A stretch of DNA of 64,000 nucleotides from Oligoflexia bacterium. GTDB taxonomy: Bacteria > Bdellovibrionota > Bdellovibrionia > JABDDW01. A model generated the notes under the pieces. That model saw nothing but the letters and a program-made list of their open reading frames with translations. It did not search any database and was not told the origin of the DNA. The stretch is taken from the NCBI GenBank assembly GCA_016715815.1, contig JADJXN010000007.1, positions 5,549 through 69,548 of the forward strand, given 5' to 3'. Shown piece after piece: positions 30,769 to 40,855 of this stretch (position 1 is the first letter of the stretch; the number at the start of each line of letters is the position of its first letter). Both the position numbers and the translations under genes were made by a program.

Positions 30769-31190
30769 ATTCTTTTAAAATATTATTAAAAATCTCTTGT
30801 TGATCATATTCTTTTTTAACTCGCTCTTTTGCCTTCTCACCCATAGCGGGCCACTTATCCTTTTCTCTTAACGCACTTTTAATGGCCTCTTTTAGGCTTT
30901 CTAAGGATTTTGGCTCACAAAGCCAGCCCGTTTCCCCTGGGCGTACAAGCTCAGGTGTTCCACCGCTGTTTGTTCCAACCACTGGCAATGCTGCTAATTG
31001 CGCATCTAAGAGAGCTAAAGAAAAACACTCCTCATAACTTGGCAAGATATAAAGATCAAAGGCCTTAAATATTTAAAGACTCAAGCATGACACCCAAAAA
31101 AATAAGTTTGTGGCGGTTTATTTTTCTTAAATTTAAAAAATACTTCTCTGCTGCGGCGTTATTGGGCTTGAACCCCCAATAACTACTAAG
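30758..31190 (-). pseudogene. GT4-family glycosyltransferase remnant (N-terminally truncated, frameshifted)
   Basis: The C-terminal 95 aa carry the GT4 E-x7-E region (PSYEECFSLALLDAQ...VVGTNSGG); upstream pieces (FKAFDLYILPSYEE, KLIFLG) are out of frame with stops. Confidence 0.55.
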
Positions 31191-32045
31191 GTGTCAGTTT
31201 TATCATTATGAAAATATCAGCAAAGGCATGCTGAGCTCTTTTACCCTTTGATTTTTCAATTCTACTAACTGTTCCAATAATTGTTGCCGTTGTGAAAGGC
31301 CTAGTTTTTCGCTGTTTTTTTTTATCAAAAATTTGGGCTTCTTGTTTTTTATGTCGCGTCCGTAGTTAATAATTTTGAATTTTTTGAGGCTCAATTGGTA
31401 AGTAGTGCTCCTAAGGATTTCTTGGCTGGCTCGCTACTGCTACTGCTAACTCATCTACAACAGACTAAATGAGCCTGTGGTATGGGACGTTTTTGTAGTA
31501 GTTAATCCATAAATGCATTTGTAAAATTATTTTGGCCTCTTTTTGACACTGTTTTCGGAAGCATACGTAGGTAAAAAAAACAGGACACCTCTTGAGTTGA
31601 GTGAAGGTGAATCATCAAATAGACTAAAAACCCCGGATGCGCACGGTTAAACACCACCACCTCCAGAGATTTTGTACTATCAAAATCCCAATTAGGGATT
31701 TTATTTTGAACATAGCCTTTTAGGTAAGAGCCCGGAAAAACCACAAAAGACCACTTCATGGCCATGGCTTTTCTGGAAAGCTGCTAGCTCTAAAGCGTAT
31801 TGTCCAGCCAAGAAAGCTTTGCGATGGGAAAATGTCATTATCCTCATTCCCAAAAGGTAGCAGGTAGTTTTGGTAATTATAGACTTATGCTGACTTGAGA
31901 TGTAATTAATGCTTATTTAGTTACCGTGAAAGGCATTATTTAGTCAGCGGAAGCGGCACAAGACTCTACCCATTAACATCAGCTGTTAGTAAACAGCTTT
32001 ACCAGTTATAATAAACCCACCATTTACTATCCTCTCTCACTTTTA

Positions 32046-32780
32046 ATGCTGGCAGGTATAAAAGATATTTTAATTATCAGTACCCATGAGATTTACCGCA
32101 TTGAAGAGCTTTTAGGAAGTGGGGATAATTTTGGTATAAAACTTTCTTATAAAGTACAACCAAAACTTGAGGGCATTGCCCAAGCATTCATACTGGGTGA
32201 GGAGTTTATAAATAAAAGCCCAGTAAGTTTAGTCTTAGGGGATAACTTATTTTTGGCCAAGGATGCAAAACCTTTAGAAAAGGCAGCAAGATAAAAGATG
32301 GCGCATGCGTATTTGGTTACCAAGTTCAAGACCCTGAGCGCTACGGAGTAGTTGAGTTTGATACTAATAAAAGGCAATCAGTGTTGGAAAAGCCACAAAA
32401 AGCCAAAATCAAAGTGGGCTGTAACGGGCCTATATTTTATGATTCACATTAGTGTGAAATGACAAAAAATTAAAGCCCTCAAAACAGGGAAACTTGAAAC
32501 TACAGATTTAAATTTAGAATATCTAAAAGCAGAAGACTTAAGGTTGAGCTTTTAGGCCGCGGCGTTAGCTGGCTTGATACAGGCTCTGCTGAGAGTTTAT
32601 TAGAGAGTGCAAGCCGGTTTGTTCAAACTTTAGAAAAGCGCCAAGGCTTCAAATTGCTTGTTTAGAGGAGATTGCATTAAGTAAGGGTTTTTACTAACTC
32701 CTCAGCAACTTACTAAAATAGCTACAGAAAAATATCCTTCCAGTGGTATGGTTTGTATGTCCGCAATTTAGTTCCTGAGG
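32046..32780 (+). pseudogene. rmlA: glucose-1-phosphate thymidylyltransferase (rmlA) pseudogene
   Basis: RmlA-like segments (ILIISTHE...[19 protein letters not shown]..., [54 protein letters not shown]) scattered over three frames with in-frame stops. Confidence 0.75.
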
Positions 32781-32789
32781 TAAAAAAAC

Positions 32790-32882
32790 GGAGAGGTGGC
32801 TACGGAGTGGTTGAAGGCACATGATTGGAAATCATGCATACGGGCAACCGTATCGAGGGTTCGAACCCCTCTCTCTCCGCCA
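32790..32882 (+). tRNA. tRNA-Ser (anticodon GGA)
   Basis: GGAGAGGUGGCUACGGAGUGGUUGAAGGCACAUGAUUGGAAAUCAUG + long variable arm CAUACGGGCAACCGUAUC + GAGGGUUCGAACCCCUCUCUCUCCGCCA; resembles E. coli tRNA-Ser. Confidence 0.85.
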
Positions 32883-34149
32883 ACACCAGGGCTAAAAAAT
32901 TAAAAACATTAGATTGCAAAATTCGAAATGTGTTAAATAATATATGTTAAACGCGTCAAAAACTGAAGACTATCTTTACGGGGGTATGGCGATGAAACTT
33001 TTAATTTGTATAATGACATTTTCAATAAACGCGTTTGCGGCGACACCTTTTCTTGATCAATATTTTCTTGTGGGACCACATAATGACACCTATTTTTTTG
33101 CTCCCTTAGCCAAAACCCATTGCAAAGAATATCAAGTCTTTAAGATTTCTTGGCTAACATTGAGTTAAGCTTTAAAAATCAATGAGCGATGATGTTTTAC
33201 TTTTTGGAAGTTACCCAGTTTATACTGAATACGCCTCTTGCCCTGAGACTGATAATCAGGTTGTTATTAATTTTCAGGATATATATCTGCAAAAACAGAA
33301 AAGGAAATCTGTTGCTAGCAGAATATGTAAAAAGGGTGAATAAAAAAACGTTTTTTAATAGATATTTAGCCTTTTTAAAACCAGAACACACAGTCAATGT
33401 ATTCAATTTCGAAATAGATGGTGTTACAACCCTAAGATATCATAAAGATGCAATATCTTTTTCTGATGCCACACAGGAAGTTGATGAATTTAAAAAAAAT
33501 TAATATTAACCATGGGTAAAGCTGATGCTGTGAAAGATTTTCTTAGGAAAATCAATAAAGCCTAGTGATTATGAAAACACAATAAGATTAATAGAAATGC
33601 TAAGTATATTACATTTTTCTTCGTCATCAATGGTTCATGTTGAAATACTTTGCGTGAAGGAGATGGTTATTGGGAGCATTATCCTTGTAATCCAAACTCC
33701 TTTTTGCGAATTAGTTTCAATGCAGCAATAACTTGGTTCTAAATCTGGATTTTCTCGGCCAGAACCACTTTTGTAAAAAACTAACACCCAAATATGTCAC
33801 TGACTTTTTGGTCAGCTCTGAACAAAAATAAAACAGCCTAGCAAGTGGAACATGCTAGTTTAACCTTTCTTTTAATGCACCAGGCTAAACCTGCCAAATA
33901 AATCAAGACATGCATGCGTGATATCAATGCTATACTGCTCCCTTGTAAGTCATTGACACCACAAAACCTATAACTGGTAAAGATTATGAACCCTTGAAGC
34001 TGCCAAAATATTTGGTAGAAAGGATGTCTCAAAATGGAGACTCAAATGGTAAAAGAGCCTAAAATAGCGGTGTTGATTACTAAGTTATGTAGTTCACAGG
34101 AATTTAGAGGATTACTGGCGAGCTGAAGAGAAAGTTGAATTGATTGTGA

Positions 34150-35240
34150 TTGGTCTGACAAGGAAAAATTCCAGTGACAACCCTTTGCAAGATCAACAAC
34201 GTAACGCCAAGTCAGTATTACGAGTGGCGGGAGAAATTTTTAGCTACAGGTAAGCGGGGCCTCATGGCAAATGGAGGTAAGACCCAACGAGAAGCTGAGC
34301 TTGAGAAGAAAATAAGTATTTTTAGAGCGCTGTATTGGAGAATTAACTCTTGAAAAGAGTTGTTAAAAAAATCAGCGAAGATTCCTAAAGTTAGGAAAAT
34401 TGTTAATAAATATAAGAACGACTTTAAGGTGCGAACCCTGAGCAAGGTTCTTGGGGTGAGTCGCCAAAGGGTTTATTTTATTAAAAAATGCCCAGAGTTA
34501 AGAGCACCAGAAGGGAAAGAAAAATGAAAGAAGATGAGGCTATGATAATAAAAAATATTGAAAATTGTTTCGAGAACTACCTGTCTATGGCTATAGACGT
34601 GTAACAGCTGTTTTGCGCCACAGGTATGGATTAAGGTAAGCTGGAAAAGGTTTACAAGATAATGCGTGAGAAAACTTTGTATGCCACCAAGTCACAGTCA
34701 CTTAAAAAGATGTTTAGAGGAGTACCGTTTGCAACAAAACTCAAGTTCAAGATCAAATGAGTTATGGGGTATAGACATGACATACATTTGGTGTGGTTAA
34801 AGATGTAGTGCTACTTCCATGGAGTTATTGATCATCATGACAAGACGTTGCTTAGTTACTATTTTCAAAGATCTTGCTCTGCCTTGGGTGGTGTAATGGC
34901 CTAGGGAAATGCAGCATCCAGAGAAGTGAGTCCTTGGAGTTAGATCTGATAACGGTTGTCACTATGGAGCGAAGGTCTTTAAAGACGAGATTAGACGTCT
35001 TAGAATTAATCATACAAGAACTATGGTTAATACCCCCAAAGGCAATGCTGAATTGAGAGATTTTTAGATCACTCAAAGAGAATGGTGTGGCAACAGAAAT
35101 TTTTAATTTTGAACAAGCTAAAGAGGCTGTTGATAAATGGTATTAAAGTACAACCAAGAGCGCCCACACCAAACCCTTGATTACTTAACCCCAAAACAAT
35201 TTTACGAAAGGAGCACTATAGGAAATATTCAACAAAAAGT
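34150..35240 (+). mobile_element. degenerate IS3-family insertion sequence copy (transposase orfA/orfB remnants)
   Basis: OrfA-like (QYYEWREKFLATGKRG...REAELEKKISIF) and rve-like (WGIDMTYIW, ...QPRAPTPNP) translations broken by many stops and frameshifts. Confidence 0.5.
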
Positions 35241-35460
35241 GTCTTGATTTATAGGGAGCACTACACACTTTTCCTTGTCCAAAGAGCCTCACACTTAACG
35301 GAGGTTCTTATGAATCTAATCACTCGAATTGTTTTAGGGCTGGTGAAGCTGGCGTTAGCCATCGGCTTCGCCGGAGGGCTAATTGATCTCACGCATACCA
35401 TGAAGGACGAGGCGCTGAAGGCTCATAGGCAAGGGATCGTGATGACCTTCTCCCCTTAAA

Positions 35461-36643
35461 TTAGTCCAGTCTGAGTCGGATTAAACTGTGGTAAAAGCTA
35501 CAGAAGGAGGAGGTAGGTATGTCCAGAGGGAAGAGATATAGTCCAGAGGAAGTAATAATAAAACTACGCGAAGCTGAAGCTTTGCAGGTTCAAGGATTAA
35601 ACCAAGGTGAAATTTGTAGGCAACTTGGTGTTTCAGCAGACACTTATATCCGTTGGGAAAAGATATGGTGGGATGCGTGTTGATCAAGCAAAAAAGCTTA
35701 AAGATCTGGAAAGGAGAATCAGCAGCTTAAAAATTAGTAGCTGATTTAAGCCTTGATAATTCCATGCTCAAAAGTTAACAAGGGAAACTTTTAAGCCCGA
35801 CAAGGAAGCGTCAAAAGCTGTGGTGATGTTAATAGAAAAGTTTGAAACATCTGAACGTCGGGCATGTAAAGTTGTTAGTCTTTTCAGAGCGACAAAAGAT
35901 ACGAAGCAAAAGTAGATACAATAAATAAAGTGATCACGCCAAAAATTGAGTACGCAAGTCAATATGGGCGCTATGGCTACAGGAAGTAACAGCAATGGTG
36001 AGAGCTGATGGGTTTTAAAGTGAATCACAAAAGAGTTTACCGTATATGGCGTAGGAGGAGGATTAAAAGTACCAAAGAAGCAACCAAAAGAAGTAGACTT
36101 TGGCTCAACGATGGATCTTGTATCAGAAAAAGGCCGGAGTATAAAAATCATGTGGTCATATGATTTTGTGCATGATTACACACATGATGGAAGGCCAATA
36201 AAGATGTTAACCATCATTGATGAATTTAGTAGAAAACTTAGCAATCAAAGTGGGGAGAAAATTAAGATCTATAGATGTGTTAGAAGCACTGGCTGATTTA
36301 TTTTTAGAAAAAGGAATTCCAAAATACATCAGATCAGATAATGGGCCAGAATTTATTGCCAGAAAACTTATCCACTGGTTTGGCAAAATTAAAATAAGTC
36401 CATTATTTATCACACCAGGGAGTCCATGGGAGAATGGTTACATTGAATCATTTAATGGGAGACTCAGGGATGAGTTGTTAAATGGAGAAATATTTTTTAC
36501 ATTAAAAGAGGCTCAAGTTTTGATAGAGAGATGGCGAAGAAATTACAACACCATAAGGCCACATAGTAGCTTAGGTTACAAACCACCAGCTCCTGAGGCA
36601 ATTATGGTTGCAATTTAAACTATCCGACTGTACATGGACTAAA
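35461..36643 (+). mobile_element. degenerate IS3-family insertion sequence with imperfect terminal inverted repeats
   Basis: Left end TTAGTCCAGTCTGAGTCGGAT is mirrored at the right end as ATCCGACTGTACATGGACTAA; OrfA MSRGKRYSPEEVIIKLREAEALQVQGLNQGEICRQLGVSADTYIRWEK; orfB full of stops. Confidence 0.65.
36217..36618 (+). pseudogene. IS3-family transposase, integrase-core C-terminal fragment
   Basis: rve domain tail SDNGPEF...[23 protein letters not shown]...[11 protein letters not shown]. Confidence 0.7.
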
Positions 36644-36656
36644 TAGTGGGGCTGGG

Positions 36657-36860
36657 TCACTCTCCCCAAGGGTCGCTATTATATGTTGTTATTTGATCTA
36701 GGCCTACAATAGGAGTTGGCCAAGAGCTCTGGCTTAAAGCCGCCTCATAGCCGAGTTTATTAATTTTATTTTGAGCGGATACAATGGTATCTGCATCAAG
36801 AGCTGCAGCAAAAGAATTTAAAGAAAATAATGCGATTAAAAAAAGCAGTGTTAGTTTCAT
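36657..36860 (-). CDS. small secreted peptide (67 aa, Sec signal)
   Basis: MKLTLLFLIALFSLNSFAAALDA...; immediately downstream of the NTase/PqqD operon. Confidence 0.35.
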   Translation of the reverse strand: MKLTLLFLIALFSLNSFAAALDADTIVSAQNKINKLGYEAALSQSSWPTPIVGLDQITTYNSDPWGE

Positions 36861-36975
36861 GGGTCCCCCTCCCGTTAAACTATTTGCTAAAAATTCTAGT
36901 ATGGGGGGTTAAAGACACCTAGTTAAGAAAAGTGAAATCTTCTGTTAAGCGCATCGTTTTAATTTTTAAAAATGA

Positions 36976-38103
36976 TTAGGGTTTACCTTTTAATTTCCTT
37001 AGGCCATAAATTGCTCGCCAAATATAAAGAGCTGGTAAATAGATGTTGGATTTGATGTTATATTTTTTCTTCATGTATTCTTTGGGGGGGATAAGTCGTT
37101 CCTGTAAGTATTTGAGTTTATTTGGTAAGCTTAGACTTTCTAAATCGCAAACAAAATCGCTTAGAAGGCTGCGCTTGGGGCTTAAAAAAACTATAGAATC
37201 AGCCTCATCACTATTGGGCTTGGCACTTATAATTTCTTGTAAGAAAGTCTCGGGCCATATTGTATTAAACCATTCTTTCGTTTTTTCCATGCCTTTAGCA
37301 CATAGAAACCAAACTTTTTTTTCTTTTGCTAGGTTTTGAAAATCCGTCAGCCAGATTGAGTTTTTTTTGTCAGTTAAAAGATGTGTATCATAAAGCCACA
37401 GCGGGTTTTCCTCATCGTGGTGGTGCGCAACACCATGAATAAAAGCATACAAGAGAGCGTGATGGTCGTTCATCACCTTTATGACTCCATTATGTTCTGG
37501 CAAATCTTGAGCTGCACTATAAGCCTCATCAAAAGAAATAAGATTTGCAAAATAATTAATATTACTGAGCTTCCAGTGCAGATCAAAAACCAAATTATAA
37601 CCATGGTGTTCAAGTTTTGAAAAGGCGCACTGATGTCCTGCCTGTTGGCCATAGGTCATATTTTCTTGTCTATAACCTAGAGATTTGAAAACCTGGAAAG
37701 CTAATTGACGATTTTTTTCAGAAATAAAAAGATCAATATCTCCGTGAGCGCGCAGACCTGGTCTTGGGTAAATGGTATAGGAGAGCGCAGCCCCTTTTAA
37801 AACAAGAAAAGGAATATTATTTTTTTTAAACTCAAGGCCTAATTTAATTAGGGCGTGTTTTCTGATGTCTATTAAAAACGTTTCTCGTGCTACCTCAAGC
37901 TTAAGGGCTTGCTTAACAGACGACGGGCAGGTTTGTGTAAGGACATTTTGTTCTAGCCAGTAATTTAATAGTGGCAGGAGATGATTTTTTTTTAACTCGT
38001 CTAAAAGAAATTTTTGAAACCCGGCATCGCTTTCATCCCAAGTTACAGTAGTGCTGTTAGCAGCTTGCTGTATTACTTTCTGAAATTTTTTTTGGTAAAG
38101 CAT
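36976..38103 (-). CDS. Pol-beta-type nucleotidyltransferase family protein (lasso-cluster-associated type)
   Basis: hG[GS]...D.D signature in AHGDIDLFIS; 4-nt gap to the upstream PqqD gene. Confidence 0.6.
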   Translation of the reverse strand: MLYQKKFQKVIQQAANSTTVTWDESDAGFQKFLLDELKKNHLLPLLNYWLEQNVLTQTCPSSVKQALKLEVARETFLIDIRKHALIKLGLEFKKNNIPFLVLKGAALSYTIYPRPGLRAHGDIDLFISEKNRQLAFQVFKSLGYRQENMTYGQQAGHQCAFSKLEHHGYNLVFDLHWKLSNINYFANLISFDEAYSAAQDLPEHNGVIKVMNDHHALLYAFIHGVAHHHDEENPLWLYDTHLLTDKKNSIWLTDFQNLAKEKKVWFLCAKGMEKTKEWFNTIWPETFLQEIISAKPNSDEADSIVFLSPKRSLLSDFVCDLESLSLPNKLKYLQERLIPPKEYMKKKYNIKSNIYLPALYIWRAIYGLRKLKGKP

Positions 38104-38107
38104 AGAT

Positions 38108-38395
38108 TTACTGAAAGCTAATCAAATTATTTTTTTTTAAAACTTTTAGTAAGGATAAAACATCGGTCTCTGCTTTTTGTTTGCCAATCTGGTAATCTTG
38201 CACAAGTGTAGTAATAATTTTTTTTACAGGAGTTCCTTTTTTTATCAGTTCCCAAATTTGGGTCCCAACCTGGTTAAGACCGAAGTACGTTCCTGATTCT
38301 AAATGAAGTATGACTTCTTCTTTTTGAACGGGGCGCGAGACAATGTCTTTAGAAATTATTATTTTAGATTCAAGAAGGTTCTTTGTGCTTTGCAT
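38108..38395 (-). CDS. PqqD-family RiPP recognition element (lasso B1-like)
   Basis: 95 aa (ILHLESGTYFGLNQVGTQIWELIKKGTPVKKIITTLVQDY) with the typical PqqD winged-helix pattern. Confidence 0.75.
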   Translation of the reverse strand: MQSTKNLLESKIIISKDIVSRPVQKEEVILHLESGTYFGLNQVGTQIWELIKKGTPVKKIITTLVQDYQIGKQKAETDVLSLLKVLKKNNLISFQ

Positions 38396-39641
38396 AGACC
38401 ACCTGCGGGTTAGAGAATAATTTATTAAACAACAAATTTTTATTTTTTGTCAAGTAATGTTCAACAGTATATGCAGCATAAAGCATTAAATAGATATCCA
38501 GATAGGTTCTGTGTAATGTGTGGGCCCAAAAAACCCCTGTTATAATAATAAATGATGCAAAGTGAAAATAAATAAGAAGCTGTGTTTTTATTTTTTCTCT
38601 ATTTAAATACATTCCAATTAAACCCAAAAGCAAAAGTGGTGTGTAAGAAAAAAAATAAACAATTTGTACAACTGGAGTTTTTTGCGGGTTAAAAATCCAA
38701 CTAAAACCAGCCATATTTTTTTTTATAAAACCCACAAAAGTTTGCCATGGGTGAGTTTTAATGTATTTGATAGCCATTTGAGTGTACCACTGGTTCTGTA
38801 GACGCTCGTTATGTTCTATCAGATAAATCTCAACTATATCTAGATCGATAAAGGCTTTTGAACGGCTTGTATCCATGCTTTCTCTTGGGTAGTGAGAAAA
38901 TGTGTGAGGATTATTCCCTCCCCAGAGAGCCTTACCAAACTGGGAGGTTATTAGTGGGGCGCCAATAAGAAGATGGGTGCGTATAAGCCACGGTAAAATA
39001 GTGAAAAAACAAAAAATAATAATTAAAAGGGGTTTTCCAAATTTTATTTTAATATGAGCGGTGTTATTTATAAAAACCCATATTGCGGCAAGTGGTACAA
39101 ATGGGAATAGAGTGCTTCGGACAAGTAAGGTTAGGCCTAAACAGATCCCTGCTACAGCACTTAGATAAAGCTTTTTTGAATTGTTAGCCTTGATTAGAAA
39201 GACGGTGCTAAGTGCCGTCATAAATGTAAAAAGACTAGCTTCGTGTAATGAAGGATCATGAAGAACAAAGTAAGGGTAAAGAGCTGTTAATAGAGCTGCA
39301 CTTATTCCTATTTTGTAAGAGAAAAATTTTTTTCCGATGTAGAAGATGCAAAGTGTGGTGGCGGCGCCTAAGAGAGATTGGAGAACAACAATAACAATAA
39401 AACTCATGGAGCTTAATGCCGCAAAACTAAGAAGAAGTGGGTAGCCGGGTGGAATAAAGGCGTAGTAGGCTGGGTCGCCGAGGTAAAGCCCGTATCCTTG
39501 TGTAAGATTTTTTGCAATCTGAAAGTAGGACTCATATCCACGGTTCCAAAATAAATCCTCTCCGACAATAAAGGCGGAGCCTGCGCGCAGCATAAAGGCG
39601 AGTACAAAAATTAAATGTAACCGATATTTTTTTATATACAT
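38370..39641 (-). CDS. GT-C fold membrane glycosyltransferase (ArnT/PMT family)
   Basis: 423 aa polytopic protein with an ArnT/PMT-like N-terminal loop (...YAFIPPGYPLLLSFA...) and ~10 TM helices; 3' end overlaps the PqqD gene. Confidence 0.6.
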   Translation of the reverse strand: MYIKKYRLHLIFVLAFMLRAGSAFIVGEDLFWNRGYESYFQIAKNLTQGYGLYLGDPAYYAFIPPGYPLLLSFAALSSMSFIVIVVLQSLLGAATTLCIFYIGKKFFSYKIGISAALLTALYPYFVLHDPSLHEASLFTFMTALSTVFLIKANNSKKLYLSAVAGICLGLTLLVRSTLFPFVPLAAIWVFINNTAHIKIKFGKPLLIIIFCFFTILPWLIRTHLLIGAPLITSQFGKALWGGNNPHTFSHYPRESMDTSRSKAFIDLDIVEIYLIEHNERLQNQWYTQMAIKYIKTHPWQTFVGFIKKNMAGFSWIFNPQKTPVVQIVYFFSYTPLLLLGLIGMYLNREKIKTQLLIYFHFASFIIITGVFWAHTLHRTYLDIYLMLYAAYTVEHYLTKNKNLLFNKLFSNPQVVYAKHKEPS

Positions 39642-39703
39642 TAATTGTGGTTATCCTATGTTTAGTCTTGCAATGAGCGGGCAAAATAACAATAATTTTC
39701 TAT

Positions 39704-40855
39704 ATGCATTCTGAATCTGCTTTAAAGATCCCATTAGTTTCCCAATTGCTGAAAGACCCTTCTTTTAAAATAATAAAACGTGCGGTTGATTCAAAATGGA
39801 TTTATGAAAAGCTGGTTCCATTGGGCCATTGCGGCTTTAACCCTGCCACCAATGCGGCCTATGTAGGTTTTAATTCGTCAGTGTCGCAGTGGTTACAAAA
39901 TCCCAAGCAAAGTATTCGCAGTTTTAACTTTAACGATACATTTTTACATGAGCTTTTTTTTATAATCCATGATTACCTTCATGCCTGGAGCTACAATGCC
40001 ATTAACGAGCTTTACCCAGGTTTAAAATTTGGTTACGGAAAAATTACTGAAAAAAACTTTGAAGACTATGTTTTTTGCCATATTTTAACTGAGGCGGTAG
40101 CCACGGTGGGCCTAGATTATTGGTATTTATCCACCATTGAATTAAACCAGGTAATACCAGTAGGCGCTAATATCAAAACACTGACAGCGGCTTATCACGT
40201 AAAAAATAATTCGGAATATAGACGCTTTGACCCTAAGTTTAATGCACAAAAAAGGGGTTTTTTAAAAACACTTAACGATGCTTATTGCGATGGTATTTTT
40301 TATGCTTTACCAATGAAAGCCATCCAACTCAGCCCTCAGATATATAGATGGTATTGGCATGAGCTGACCTATGGGAGGCTTCAGAGAAAATACACTCGTC
40401 AATGGTTAAGCTATTTGTCTGCGGGCGAGGTTGTGTGTGAGCAGGCTAAGCTAGATATTAAAATCGATAATTCAAAAAAATGGATGCAAGAACTTGTTGA
40501 AGACTTATCCCTATTGCTTTGGCAAAAGGTTAAGGAGAATAAAAATATTTGGTTTAAGCCGCAATACGATGTTAAGCACGACGCTTGGGGCGGGAGTGGA
40601 AAATTGCAAATGGACAGTAGGTTTACATCGTTGATCCATCTAAAGACGCCAAAAACATTTAATTATCTTGACTACTATGTATCTCAATATGCCATTAGAC
40701 ATACCTTTTCTGAGAATAGTAAGGCCATTGCAAGCCAGCTTCCAGAAATTGCCAAAAGTAAAAATTTGCAAAAGCTAAAGAAAATATTTAAAAATCAAAA
40801 AAAGGTAGAGTCCGCGTTTGACGTCTATCCACAATCGCTTTTTATGCTCCCCTAA
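39704..40855 (+). CDS. hypothetical protein with HExxxxxH motif
   Basis: 383 aa; FLHELFFIIHDYLHAW; no known domain recognised. Confidence 0.35.
   Translation: MHSESALKIPLVSQLLKDPSFKIIKRAVDSKWIYEKLVPLGHCGFNPATNAAYVGFNSSVSQWLQNPKQSIRSFNFNDTFLHELFFIIHDYLHAWSYNAINELYPGLKFGYGKITEKNFEDYVFCHILTEAVATVGLDYWYLSTIELNQVIPVGANIKTLTAAYHVKNNSEYRRFDPKFNAQKRGFLKTLNDAYCDGIFYALPMKAIQLSPQIYRWYWHELTYGRLQRKYTRQWLSYLSAGEVVCEQAKLDIKIDNSKKWMQELVEDLSLLLWQKVKENKNIWFKPQYDVKHDAWGGSGKLQMDSRFTSLIHLKTPKTFNYLDYYVSQYAIRHTFSENSKAIASQLPEIAKSKNLQKLKKIFKNQKKVESAFDVYPQSLFMLP

Noticed and set aside
34200-36640. Treating the IS3 transposase fragments as active mobile elements
   Set aside because: Both copies carry numerous in-frame stops and frameshifts beyond the single programmed -1 shift typical of IS3. 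They are decayed remnants.
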